Shown here piece by piece: positions 1-13,600 of a stretch of 64,000 bases of DNA (positions are counted from its first letter, which is position 1; each line of letters starts with the position of its first letter). Source of the DNA: Phallusia mammillata (lineage: Eukaryota); the NCBI GenBank assembly GCA_965637545.1, contig OZ281501.1:806001-870000 (forward strand). The letters run 5' to 3'. The translations under genes were made by a program, and so were the position numbers. Under the pieces are notes generated by a model. That model was not told the origin of the DNA. It saw only the letters and a list, made by a program, of their open reading frames with translations, and did no database searches.

Positions 1-3000
1 GAGGACCGCTGTGATATTAACAAGGTTGGCCTATGCTCGGCAACACAGTGCGGTAATAGATCGTACAGGTGGAGACTTGTTACTCAACCATCAAGACTCA
101 TTATGTCGACGCCACAAAGCCTGGGAAAAGCTCAGGTTGTGGTCAAACCCTGCTGTAATTTGCGGTATCTTCTACAAGGGGCGAAGGGCAGAAGCTCGGC
201 CCGACGTGAAAAGGCTCATCGTAGTGAACAAAGCGTTTTGATGTGGAAATTATAGTGGCTTTGATACCGGGATCAAGATTTACCTCTGATAAGTGCACTG
301 TCAAAATATACAAGCCTAAAATATACAGAAATTGTGTCAATTAACGCAGATATCAGAAACCTTATGCTGTGTTCAAAACCAACCAATCTCGATTTTTAAT
401 TGCCTGTTTTCTGATTGCTTTTAGTCAAGCCTAAGAGGAATATAACGGCCCAAATAGACGCAAAAAGCGGCTTTATCAGTCAAACGTTTCGACAAATGCT
501 CATGCCATCATTGATGATATAAGGGGTCACATCAGTTCTCTCAACCTATTTTACTAATCCATATTTAATACTTCCTTTTCGCCTTGCTTTAATTTAAATT
601 TTAAAAAATGTACACATGTTCTTTCATCAACATTTACTAAATACTTAACCACTTGCATAACCCTTGCAACACGGTGGCCATCTTCGTCTAAGCTGGGTTT
701 TCTACTTCTGCAACTGACTCGCAATCCAATTGCGTTGACCAAAGGAAGGAAGTTCCCGCCAATAAGTTAATGTACGTTCGAGAATTGATTACTTCGTCAC
801 AATCGATTTCAACAACGAAACAATCGTTACATCGACAACAATCATTAAACCGCCAATTTCAATTACTTGTTGCGGCATTTTAGCAACAAGATTTAGTCAG
901 AAAGAAGATTATGAGAGAAGTGGCTAGTTAAGTTATGGCTTTTCAATTTCTTGTTCAAAAATAGATTTGAGGCTCACCACGTGTTGTAAAGGTATTAACA
1001 TATTTAAAATGTATTGTCCAGAGCTATTCTTCACCACCGTCAAAACATAAAAACTTATAATTTCGGAGATAGTACGATTTGCCCAAATAGACAGTTGATC
1101 ATTTACAAATGCTTACGTGGCCAACAGTTTATAAATCTACCAACACAAAACGAAAGATTTGGGAACACTTTGCAAAATTAACAAACTCTAACCTATGAAC
1201 TGATGAGGCATCCAAATGTAAATTATAACACAGTCTTCTTAAAAACAAAAGTCTAAAGAAAAGTATGCCAGGTCTAACCTTCAAACTAACGTAATCGAAG
1301 CAATTCATAACGACGTCTTCTTTATGAACAGTGAAACAACGACACGTAGAGATTACAAGGTAAACACGAAGTGCAACCGCAACCTTCACGAAAGAACAAA
1401 TCCAACATAGGCAAAATGTAAACAGGACTTGTCAGTTCAGACACGCGGGCGCCGATTATCCGGCTATTATGGAAATTCGGGATCGACGCTAATTACGCGA
1501 ATTATTACGTCATTAAATCATCGCGTTATGGCGTCATAATGTAAGTGCTATTATATTGGATTGTTTTGCAATAATGAATTTTATGAATTATTAAACTTTC
1601 ATTAACGATATCTGTTGGGTAAACACGTCATTTATTAAAGATCAATGTACCACACCAATATATTAATGCATCGTCAGCACCTAAATCAAAATCATTTCCA
1701 ATCCAGTTTATTCTTCTTAATCAACTGTTGACCGTGTTAAAAAGCTTATCCTCTTGTTTACATTTAAATGCAATCAATAGTGAAAATTTTGTTCGATGTT
1801 TTACAAAATGCATTAAAAAATGCTTTTATTCTAGACCCGTTCTAATGCTTTCCCACTTCCCACTTGCGACTTTTTCCCCACATAATTCTTGTGTGATACG
1901 ACGCCGCTATTTTACAACAACCCTAATCGTTTGGTCTCATAATGCAGAGCCATAAATGACCAACATGCCAACAAACTCAAGGACAACATACATTGATCAT
2001 CAACTTTCGCGTTGAACGAAACTGTCACGTTGAGCAAATCAGGTCTGCATAGTCACTTTTCTTTCACATGCGGTTGCTTCAGGGCAACTGTAACGTGACG
2101 ACTTTCGCTAAACAAACTCAACTCAACTTAAAGTTGCTAAATCGCGAACTCAGCTCAAGCAAATATACTTTCCGCCATTTTTAAACGAATTTAATTCCCA
2201 ACAGAGTTGATTGCAAACTGACTTGACTGTCTTGATTTACAGCAATCTAAATTCTCAACTTATTATATGCGACAAATATCCACAACACAGTGTTCCACCT
2301 TTCGTTGAGGTAAGCTCGTTCTCGGCCAATAAACGCGTGCCTCTGAAGAAACACAAGCCCGAGTTTGAGCTGTGGTCGGAAAACCCATGGGAAAAAGGGA
2401 AAGCGTAACAGAACCTGGCTTATTTGAAGAGACAACAGCTAAGTAGGCAGGAATGGGCGAAACACCGTGAGACACCGGCGACGGTGCACAGAGAGGCCAG
2501 TCAAACTGACGCCGCGACGCGCTATCTGTTTCAAGTGGCTCAAAAGCGTTTCTCGCCTCGCGGGACACACGCGCAGGAAACTTTTGACGCGGGTTCGAAT
2601 CCCACCGGGGGTGGATTTGATTGGCTGGTTCCTTGTTAGAAGATTGGTGATTAGATTATGACAGCCGGTGCACAATCGCCTGGCGAGATAATTTCACTAC
2701 GCTATATGCGCCCTGTTGTGAGGTCAGCCTCTCTAAAACGCGGCGCTTTTTGGATCAGTGTTTCTCAACCATTTCAGGTCTTGGACTAGTTATGTCTTCT
2801 CACATTAACCATTGGTGTAATGGTGTAAAAATTACATTATAATAAACACAGTATGATTGAAACATTAGTTGTCCATAATGAAGACGTATTCGTCACAAAA
2901 AAGCAAACATACTGCTTTAAAAGTTGGGAAACAATAATTTTAGATGTTGACACCATTTTTATTTTTAGAGCGTATTACAAAAAAGTAAATGGGAAACAGT

Positions 3001-3605
3001 TTATGAACGTAGGCTGTTTTTAACGCTCTGTAGGTGAGAGATCAACTTGTGGTAAGTGCGTAAGCCAGTTGTCCTGTGGCGCTCCTACACAATTATCAGG
3101 GGACGTCACCTGCTACAAGGGGCGATGGCGAATTAACCTCAGAAAATTTAATTGACCTCTGGCGTCTCGAGTCGAAATTAATATCGACTGGACACTGGAG
3201 GGCGGAAAGCTGTGTGAGCAAACTTTGAAGCTCGACCTTAAGAACGAAATAGAGAAAAATAATTCAGTATTTTTCAAATTATTACGCTTGTTTTCCTGTG
3301 AATCATTGTGAGAATAAAGGTTTTCGGATTATGACGTCGAGCATTTGCGAGTAATAACTTCATGATGGGGCTTATTATAGCGAAAAGACTTCGAACGTAG
3401 CAAATCGGGCGAAGTAAATAGCTGATTTTTTTTATCCCTGATGTTGTTGTAAGGCATGTTCGTTTGTGCGTCAAAAAACAGGTTTTACTTTCGAACATTC
3501 AAAAAACAAATAAAAGAAAACAAAGTACAGCACATTGTTGTTATCTTTATCTCAATTTTGAAGGTATTTTTTCAAACGCATATTTTCTTCCTATAATAAC
3601 ATACA

Positions 3606-3673
3606 TGTGTTTTTTGACGTCTTGTGTTTTTTGATGTCTTATGTTTTTTGATGTCTTATGTTTTCTGATGTCT
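3606..3673 (+). repeat. 17-bp minisatellite x4
   Basis: T(G/A)TGTTTTTTGA(C/T)GTCT repeated four times. Confidence 0.9.
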
Positions 3674-6600
3674 TCTGAAGTTATTTGAGTTGGTTTAATC
3701 ATTTAGAAATAACCGCGTTCCTACAATCAAAACATACACAAAAAAACAAGTACGACATAATCTAATTTGCAAATCAAAATTTCCCATCCACTGCACACAA
3801 GCTACCGACTGCAGCTTACACAAACACGACCTTGTAAACGTTTGCTTTCCAAACACAAAATTTCGGGCATTGGCGACAGTGAGACTGGGGCAAGACCCTT
3901 ATGACAAGACAATACCAATTATCTTCGTCAGCAATCAATATCCGCTGAGCCAATGATGCCCTAATCTACCTTTTCATCGCTTCCTGTAAAGGTTAGGACA
4001 TCGATGTCTTCGCCTTTGCGTATATTCTTCAATACGTTAATGCTTTAAATTGAAAAGTTATCGCGTAATGAGCAGTTTAGTCTGGTTAAAATGTTACCGA
4101 CAAATGACAACCTTATGACAGTAGAATGTTGTTTTAAGTTTTCTTTTAAGCCAAAAAAAAATCGAATTTACCCCAAGATAAATTTTTCTAATTCCCAAAC
4201 CTAATCTTCTATACACGAATAAACGATTAATTACAAGAGTTTCACCGAATCGGGATTTAAATTGCTTATGAGATCATGCAAAAGCCCGTACAGGATGTGC
4301 TGAACTTTCAAAGGCTAGTGCACATTAATGCAATGCACATTTTTGCATGTTTAAGGGTTTGAGGGATGAAACCTGATCCTAAACCTAATCTTACGTCGCG
4401 ACATTCTGACCCTAGGAGGATATCAGTACGCGTCTTACGGTTAAGCTGAGGCAAAGTTGCACGAGTTTGTTGGTGTAACTTACAACCCATAATCCAAAGC
4501 TCACAAAACTCCATCAACATGGAAATCACGTTAAAACAACCAAATAAAGTTCTATTCGAATAAGACATCACAATTTTCAACATTACACTTCGTTTTTCCT
4601 CAAACCTCAACGAAGTCTTTTGACCAAACAAGGTTCTATTCGAATAAGACATCAATTTCCTACATTATAACTTAATAGCGAACAGATTTTATATAAATCA
4701 CATTTTTTCTCTAAAAACCCAACAAAACAGTAAACTTCAAAAAAAATTCTATTCGAATAAGAAATCACAATCTGTTTTCATTTTTACTTCTTAAATGTTT
4801 GTCATTGCATAGTTTTTTTTAGTTTTGAAGTTGAAAGATTCAAAAAGCCCAGAGAGTAAAAAATCTCAGCGCTTTAAGTCTCGGGTTTGATGATCGCGAG
4901 TCACCAGGTATCGCGGCGTCATCTGGTGCATTATGACGTTGTTATCGTCGACAATCATAAGAGAATGTTGAACTGTTCGCATTCGACGCTGCGAGTGGCG
5001 ACGATGGAGAAGAGGTCGCGCGCAATTAGTTTTGAAATCAAATAAACAAAACATCGCTGAAACCGCCTATCTAAAGTTCTAATCGGCCATTAGGAGTTTC
5101 AAAGAAGAAAATGAAGCTGGTATGACAACTTTTCCGGGTCTGTGGGGGATATTTTTGGAAGCTACAGCATCGGATTGCGCGACTATAATTAATATGTTTG
5201 AAATGTTAAAATTTGTTCGCATTGTTGGAAAGGCATTTTTCACACGGGGAAAATGTGTTAAGGCGGTGAATTTTTAAGTTAACTTGTATAGATTATAGGT
5301 TTAGAAACAAAGACGAAGAAAGGAACTAATGTTGTATTTCGGTGCAATAACGACCGATGAAAAAGTTCGCCACAAAACGAGATCAAACTCCATCAAAGAG
5401 AGTTGAGCAAACTGCCGCAAAAATTGGAATATTTTAGAGATAAAATCGCGCAGATTTTCGACATTTAACTCTCGCGAAAGGTCATATTCCGTGCTCGCCG
5501 ATTTGAACACGGTTTTCAGCTTACTTGGGTCTAAATCAAAGTTTTCAAACTATTTCTGACTTTAGACCAAACAAGCATTAATAAATACATTTTTTTTCAC
5601 CACAGCAAGTAATTTATACTTAAGAAACAACGCCTTGTAAAACATGAATCTATTTGCCCAATCTAAGTTTCGAAAACTTGTTTTACCTTAAACTTAGATC
5701 AAACAAGCAACAATGATTTATTAATTTTACAGCAACAGCTTTACTAGTGCAAAAACACGCTACTTAAAACATTCAGCCTTAACATTATAAGGTTTTAAAC
5801 ATTTGCCGAAACGAAGGTTGAATCAGGTCACTTACAAGACAACATCCACACAGGACGACTACAAGTTTTGAACCGTCTAATGACCGTTTTAGACACAAGT
5901 TGCTGTCAGGCTGAGTAAGAGCGATCGAGCTATGGAAGGGCGACGTGTTTGTAATGCAGAAGTAAGGTAGTTGTGTTTGCTTATACGACAAATCAGTTTA
6001 GATTATCAAAGTGTCAATCACCAGCCGATCCCGCCCGCTGACGAAGGGTCACTCAGCTCTCTGGTTTCATGTGAACGATGGTTTATGGAGATGTTGTAAA
6101 TCATACGGGCCTTCCGGGCGGTCGGGCGGTCAACTGGCGATTACCATCCAGAGTAGGTTTAAGTAGGGCGTCGTATGTCTATTCATATATAGGCCTACAT
6201 GTCTGTATTTGGTTGAAGTGACAACCATGAATTCTAAAGATCTATTTTCCTAATCAAATTGCACAACAAAGTTCTACAAGCATGGAACAAAAATTTAACA
6301 ATACTTTGAGACTGATGTATTTGACATATCATGTGGCCCTTTTACGGAAAAATGGATCAGTATTTTTTACTCAACTATGTCATGTGTTAAAAACTAAAAA
6401 CAATTTCGAATTTATTTTTCTCCACATTTCATGACAAAAAAAAAACACTTTCCGCTGTTGAAACGTAAACCACAAAATATAACGAAAGATCAATCAAACT
6501 GAAGACTTCAATTTACAAAAGTCAATTGCCGAAATTTCAAGCCGTTCTCGACATTTAATACCCCCTCGGAATGCTGTCGACCGCTTCTTAACAGTCTGTT

Positions 6601-7384
6601 GAGTCTGGGTATGAAGCACCATCGATCAAACCATCATTGTGACACCTAACATGTTGTCCACCATTTTGTATTTCCTATCTCATTCTGACCAACCTCGATT
6701 AGCTATCGAGCGTTTCAGAAAACAAGTAACAGCCAGTGTGACCGATCGGGTGGTAAACAAACGCGGCGAGAACGGGCATTCGAACAGCGAAACGCTATTT
6801 CGCGAAGGCGTCGACGCCGTCGAGTGACTGTATCTTTCACCTCCTTGTTGACGCCACGCGCTCTGCATTGCCTTCAACACCCGTTTTAGAAAATATAGTA
6901 GTAATTTTGTTTTACCCTTATTACTGCGGCGAATTAGCTTATCATACAAAAGTTTGCCGTATTTTGAAGAAATAAAACTAGTTTGCAAAAGCTTTCTTGA
7001 CAGTTTGATTTTTGATCAAGCTAACTTTGAAGTCCGTGTTTAGGGTGAATATAAATCCACAAAAACAATGAAACACAAAACACTTTACCATCTAATCATA
7101 AACAAGTGTCAAGGAACTGGTGTATATAGTATATAAATAACTTTACAATCTTTTGTCGATGTTTATAAATATATGGTTTGTGTGTCGACACAATTTACAA
7201 ACAGTTAAAAAAAATCAAACCAGCAATGATCCTAAAAGCCGCCATAAATTTGCCTAAAATCGAAATTGACAACATAAAGTTCAACAACAAATACATTCCT
7301 AAGTTTGATGACGAATATAACGGCCCAAACAGACGTAAAAAAGCGACATGTTTTATTATTCAAACGTCTCGGCAAATGCAGTGA

Positions 7385-7430
7385 TATTACTGATGATGGC
7401 ATGAGCATTTGCCGAAACGTTTATATAATA
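7385..7430 (+). ncRNA. Minimal hammerhead motif, second family
   Basis: TATTA-CTGATGA-T-GGCA[TGAGCATT]TGCC-GAAA-CGTT-TATATAATA. Confidence 0.65.
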
Positions 7431-10400
7431 AATGATGAACAAAAGTTATTCAAGCAAACTTCAACTTTGCCCACATTTGACGAAAACCGATCAATTGTCA
7501 AACGAGACACGGAAGTGTTTGTTCTGTGGTGGTTGTATCAACATTACACACCCCACGTGCTAAGATGGGCCCGGCAGTTTTTTACAGCCCAATTATTTCG
7601 CAGATTCTAAACGATTAAACGTGTTTACGGCACAGTGAAAAAGCTCTGGCCTCTGCAGCCGGCAAACAAACTACGACGGGCGCTCGACGTGGATTGTATT
7701 TACACCAACATTTGCTCATCAATCTGCTTGTTGTAACAACGTTGCAAGATCAATTAAAACACTTCGTAAGGACAACGGCGAAAGGCTTGCTTAAAAACAT
7801 ACACAAAGTTGGTTGTGTTAGCTATCATTTGGCATCCCAATTACTTATCAATGTGTTAACAGTATACATTTCCTACACCCCACAAGTCGCTTCAACATGA
7901 AAATTGCTTTTTTCATATATTTTTCTCAAGGTTTTAGTGATTAACCTTGAAAATTAATTTACAACAGTTAGGAAGTTAACATTAATTTATTTCTAATTGT
8001 CATCGCATTAATGTACATAAATAAACTTAACTCAACTCATCCTTAGTGCGGCGCCGTGAGTCGTGTGCCTTACTAAGTGGCACAAACAGAGGATTAAGAG
8101 TGGCGCGGCGGGGTGAGGAACTCGTGTTTACCGAGAACTCGACTTTAGAATAACTCGGCTCGTGCGACAAAGGTCAGGCAGATTTAGCGGCGACGAAAAA
8201 TCCGGATTAAATTTCCTCCCAACTTCGACCAAACTGGCTCTCTCCGTGCTTTTTTCAAGGTTTTGCGAACAACTTTAGGTCGGTTCATGCATTCTGATTA
8301 TCACGTGGGGTTTATACACAATTTTAGGTGTTCAAATTAAGTTTCTAACGAGAAAATAAACGAGCCAATATATTTGCCATAGAAAGCGACGTTTCGCAAG
8401 AAACCTATGACACAATTTCAAAGATTTCAAAGGGTTTGTTTCGATGCTTGATAAGCTGCTGTCGAAACGTAATGTTCTATAGAAATATATTGGCTTATTT
8501 GTTTCTTGTTAAAATCTTTACAACCCTACATTGTGTAAAAATATGTTTTTTTCACAAAAGTGTTGTCAAACAGGCCTATCTTCCACTGGATTGCAATGGT
8601 TTGTGTCATTCTGACCTCATATACATGCATTTGTTCATGAACAATAGTTTGTACTAGAAGTATTTTAAAGAGTCCTTCATGACTTTCTTGTTGGGTCATT
8701 TGCGTCTTGAAAGTGTCAGGGCATATTTCCAAGCCTGCACCTGGCTTTGCAAGCTGCAGAAAATGCGGGGTTTTATGCATGGCCAGCTTTAAACCGCAAA
8801 GTTGGATCACTTGAAACAAGAAAGCAGGCGAAATAAATACCCTTGTTGTTCACAAACTTGCGTTGAGGGCGCCGACCTTAGGCCTAGAGGTTTCCTGGGT
8901 ACAGAAAAAGTTGCTTACGCTTCCCAGTGAATGATGAAAAGGTGTTTTGTTGCACAAGAACATTCTGCTGTCGTGTCATCAACAGTTGGTTTTGACAAGT
9001 TATCATGTAAAAAAGGCGAAATATAAAGCAAGCTATTGTTGTGTATAACTCGCAATGTCAACCACCTTTCTCCGGTCTAATGTTTTTGGACAACAAACCA
9101 AAGTACAACCGCAATGTACAGCATGCAAACTTCCTATAAACGGGACCAAATTTCTCATGTTGTCCAAACCCGGTTTCTGTTGTAACCAGGCCAGGTCGGT
9201 TTGTGCTTTCCACATGAAGGATTTAAACGCGGATGTTTTTGAAGCCAAGTGCGGTGTAGCGCGGTCAGCGGGTTGGCGCCACCATCCCCAGCAAGTCTTG
9301 CTGCTTCGGCAATTTTAGAGCCACGACACACCTTACAACAACCCGCCCTACATAATCGGGTTCACAAGCGAGCATGTGCAGTCATTTGTGTAGAGCTGCA
9401 TAAGTCAGCATAAACAATGGTCAAATATGCGCAAACGCAGCTATGACAAAGCTTGCACAACGTTCTGTTCTGAAACGGATATTTAAAGTTGGTTTTCTCA
9501 CAAAATTTAAATGTTAAAACTAAGCAGAAAGTCTATTCCAGTGTGGATTATGGTCGTGTTTTTATGCATCAAGTAATCAAAAAAATTGGAAGTCATCTTT
9601 CCGGGGACTTTAAAGCTAGCACAGTCGTCGCGCCTTAATTACGAACAAAATGCGGGGAGAGTGGGATGAAATTGGTGACTGTTTACCAAACATATCTCAC
9701 AGAGCTCCGTAAAGGCTCGCGGCTCAGCCAACTGTCTCGTGTCCGGACAATTACCTTCAGCAAAATTGCTCGCAACCTTTTCCGCATGAGCGCAGCGTGA
9801 TCCGTGTACGCCCTGTGGCCACGTAAAAGTACGTTGTAAGTGCGGAAATTGAATCAGCCGACGATGAATTCCTGCGTCCAGGAAATTTGCGGACCGCTCG
9901 TAAAACCGAGAAAATCACAATTCACCGAAATTGTGACACCAACCACATGTTTATGACAAACACATACATATTGGTAGATCTTTGCACTGACAATAAAAGA
10001 GATTGTTGAAACGTCTACGGAAACGACGGCAAGAATGTATTCACTACAAGTACAAACAAACTCCGTGTCAATTTTGCTTTTGACCAAGTTAGATCATTGC
10101 TTGAAAGTGTTACACATTTTTTGAAGCTTGGGACGTTTGTCACTGTTTAAAATGTTTTGTTCTTACTCAACAAGCGGATAAACCACCTAAGTCGTAGCGC
10201 ATGATTATTTGACAAAATTTTAGTCCCGAACAACTTCCGATTAAGTGAACATGAGCTGCTGTTGCGTGAGACAGAGAGATAAAAAAAGCTTTGCCATACG
10301 ATCCTAAGCAAACATAACCATTAAGTTTTTACGACGGCTGACAACGTGGCTTAAAGAAGCGGGCAAGTTTACTACACAACCAACAGCGTTTAAAGTCGTG

Positions 10401-10577
10401 CGGTAAATAACAACGCTCAACTGTCAAGTCTGGAGCCGCCTCTGTCTCCGATGACGGATTGACAGTTTTACAAGTTTAGAATTTGACCTCAAATTTTGGA
10501 ATGTTATTAAGCAGTTTGTGTCCAAAATATTCCCTGGAAATCTTTCAGTAAGTTCTCTGTTTAAATGTTGTACGAAA

Positions 10578-10690
10578 GGAACACTATATACGGATCTGTT
10601 GATAAGTTTAATGGTGAAAATAACGGCCCAAATAGATGTAAAAAGCGACATGCTTTATTGTTCAAACGTTTCGGCAAATGCTCATGCCAT
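10578..10690 (-). repeat. Dispersed ~110-bp repeat carrying the family-2 hammerhead end; other copies at about 442-520, 7317-7380, 21334-21405 and 53747-53838
   Basis: Shared ATAACGGCCCAAATAGA(C/T)GTAAAAAGCGACATGCTTTATTGTTCAAACGTTTCGGCAAATGCTCATGCCAT. Confidence 0.85.
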
Positions 10691-13600
10691 GTACGAAACA
10701 TGTGAAACAATGGGGCGAAAAACTAAGACAGTATTCCTGTCGTAAGTTTTGTTCCAGTCGGACATATTAGCAGGATTTAGAAAACACTGAAACGATTCGC
10801 TCAACCTTATTTGGGAAGGTTGCCGTTTTTCGTTCAATGCAAACATAATCCGAACCTGTGCAAGCCCAGCGTTAAGTGGCAAGTTAGGATTGTTCCCACA
10901 ACCAGAGGGCTTCGAGGGCGGTTACTTTTACATAATAATAGAGCAAGGGTGACCGTATAGGCCGAGTCGGAACGCATGGAGCGAGCCAAGACCACCCAAA
11001 CCGTTCGCTTTTCCTCGGCCCCACTGTGGTCGACTTAACGATCTCATTACAAACAGTCTGGCATAGTTCAAGTTGGGCCTTCGTACTTGTCTGCTGACTT
11101 TCGCGTCTTAAGTAAAAGCCTAACATCGTGTTTGAAGTTGACTTTGCAATGAGGCGCAGTCGGGTGCTTTTCTCCCAACTGTAAACCGAGTGACGATACC
11201 AGGGGGACAAAGTTTTATGCCTGTTTTCACTGGGAAAATATGCTTCGTCCTAGTCGTGCTGGAAATTCGTATCATAGCGTTCATGCCAACGCAACAAACT
11301 TGAGCACTACGTTATTTGTTAATTCTAATAGCTTACTGACAATTTCGTAATCGAACAAGTGTTTAAACAGCTTGTTTTTTGTACGTGCTTCAACAACTAA
11401 ACATTAAAAACACAATCCATTGCTCACTTGCACTCGCCACAGTCAATTTCTGTCACTTTTGTACACACTGATATGGCCCACGATCATAAACCAAGAACCT
11501 TGATTTGTCGCCAAGTAATCACCATAAGCAAAGCATTCACTTTATACCAAACCTGCAAAAGTTTCAACCATCCACAAACATTTGTGGCCAAACGCAAAAA
11601 TCCAAAAATCGACCTTGATTTGACAGAAACAGCAATTCAGCGAGTTCGTAAATTACTTGGACACGCGTTCGACCTAACCTGTGAGTTTCTGCGCCGAAAA
11701 GCCACTAAAGATTAACGATTAACTGAAATTGCTTGATGTTGTGTTATGACAAACTAAAGCAGACGCAGAGTGCAGCGTTTGGCGCCAAACAGGCCAACCT
11801 GCCGCGATTTAAAAACTAATTAGTCGCTGGGACACGAGCTTTAGCACGGCATTATCGTCACCTCAAACACATCGCTAATAAAATGCGGCAAAAAAAGGGG
11901 GGGCCAGCAAGAAGGGTGGATTAATGGGGATTAGAGGATAAATCGCTTCAGTAGAAAATGACAGGGGCGGATGGCGTGGTGAATTTTAAGTAGGATACTG
12001 AACATGAAACCTAACAGTGCATGGCTGATCCTATAAATACCATGTGAAAGTATTAAAGTTGTGTGAGATAACACAGATCCAATTTCGTGTGATTAATCAG
12101 ACCGGATTTATTTCATCACGCTTACACAAACAGTTTACTGTTTTTGCCATTTATGGTTTACAGACCGATTACAATACAAGTCCAAATTAGGCGATATAAT
12201 TAACACTTTGGCAAAACCAGTATCATGTGTATCATACTAGTTGGTGTAAATCTCGTTTATCGTGGACAAAACTATTTGATTTTTGCCAAGCCTAACATAC
12301 GATGGTAAATTTGGGTTTGATTCTGTTTTATTGTACTCCGACAAAGAAAGAGGGGTATTAAAATTTTCAACACAAGTTTGCCTAAAGCATGTTGAGTTTG
12401 CTAAACATGATTGCTAGCCAGCATAACTGCATTACGAGACAGTCATAATATCGTTTGGAATGTTGTTAACGCACAAATTCTCCGGCTGTCATTTGGCCCA
12501 AAACTTTGCTTAGTATCAAATTTCCCTTGTGAGTTCAAGGTTCTGGGTTAATAGAATTAACAGAGGTCCTTTCACACAGGGATACCGGGTGAAATTGGGG
12601 CTAGCGGGGTTAAGTGAATGGCCCTTGGTCTACGCCCTGTCTAACCCACTGACGAATGGGGGCCGTGACCCACATGGGGCTTATGCTCGCACTAAACCCC
12701 ATTTGAGACTTGTCAATCACAAGTCAAAGTCAAACACGAGATTTTCTTAGGGATTAAAAATAGATTTGTTTGTATTCACAATTTGACAACATTGTTATGT
12801 CTAAAAGTCAGACTGCGTTCAAGAAATCTTTTAAGATCTAAACGCTTTTAAGCATTTATGTGCATTTTTACAGTTACAGTTTTGTGCTTGCTTATAAATG
12901 ATACCGATGATGCCGCAAAGGCGAAACATATTACATAAATTCATAAGGATGAACGACTAAATGCATAAAGTTGAATCGCTTCTTCTACATAATGATTACC
13001 AGACAAAGCGAATAGATAAGTACAAACACTTTAATCCTCCGTAAATTGAACGAAATCGTAACTATAACGACCTCTAATCCATCTTAACTGAGGGGCATCT
13101 TCAGCCGTTGTAAATAACCCGGCAAATCTCTGCAATTATGGTTTGGCATCCATGCAACCGCGTGTTATAATTCGAGCGAAATTAGCGGAGCAATTACATG
13201 AGAATCTACACAGTTCTATAGTTCAACGCTTTCTTTCACGTAACCGATTCGCGCAGGTGCAAAAAGCCGCGCAGTATTAGCAGCTGGGCTCGGGGAGTAT
13301 TAGGTAACACCGGCAAAACCACATCTATAAAGGTAAATCAATGTGCACGGGGTTAAAGCGGAAAGCATGAAGTTGCGTGACAAGGCAACAGGTTGCTTGG
13401 ATCAAGAACAGTTATTTGCAAAAAAACATAAGTAATTTAATCTATACGCGATTTAAAACTAATCGGTTATTTTAACAAATAAGCCATCGGACTTTCTAAT
13501 TTAGAAGAGGGTTCAATCGAATTCGTCCATCCAGGTTGTATATTTAACAAATTTGTCGTTCAACTGGTGTAATGCTATACACAATAATTTTTTGTGCATG

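Noticed and set aside
1129-1389. Second exon or alternative first exon of the leftward gene
   Set aside because: No convincing acceptor in a compatible phase and no recognisable domain.
2533-2612. Intact tRNA or tmRNA gene
   Set aside because: No acceptor-stem pairing and no proper D or anticodon arm.
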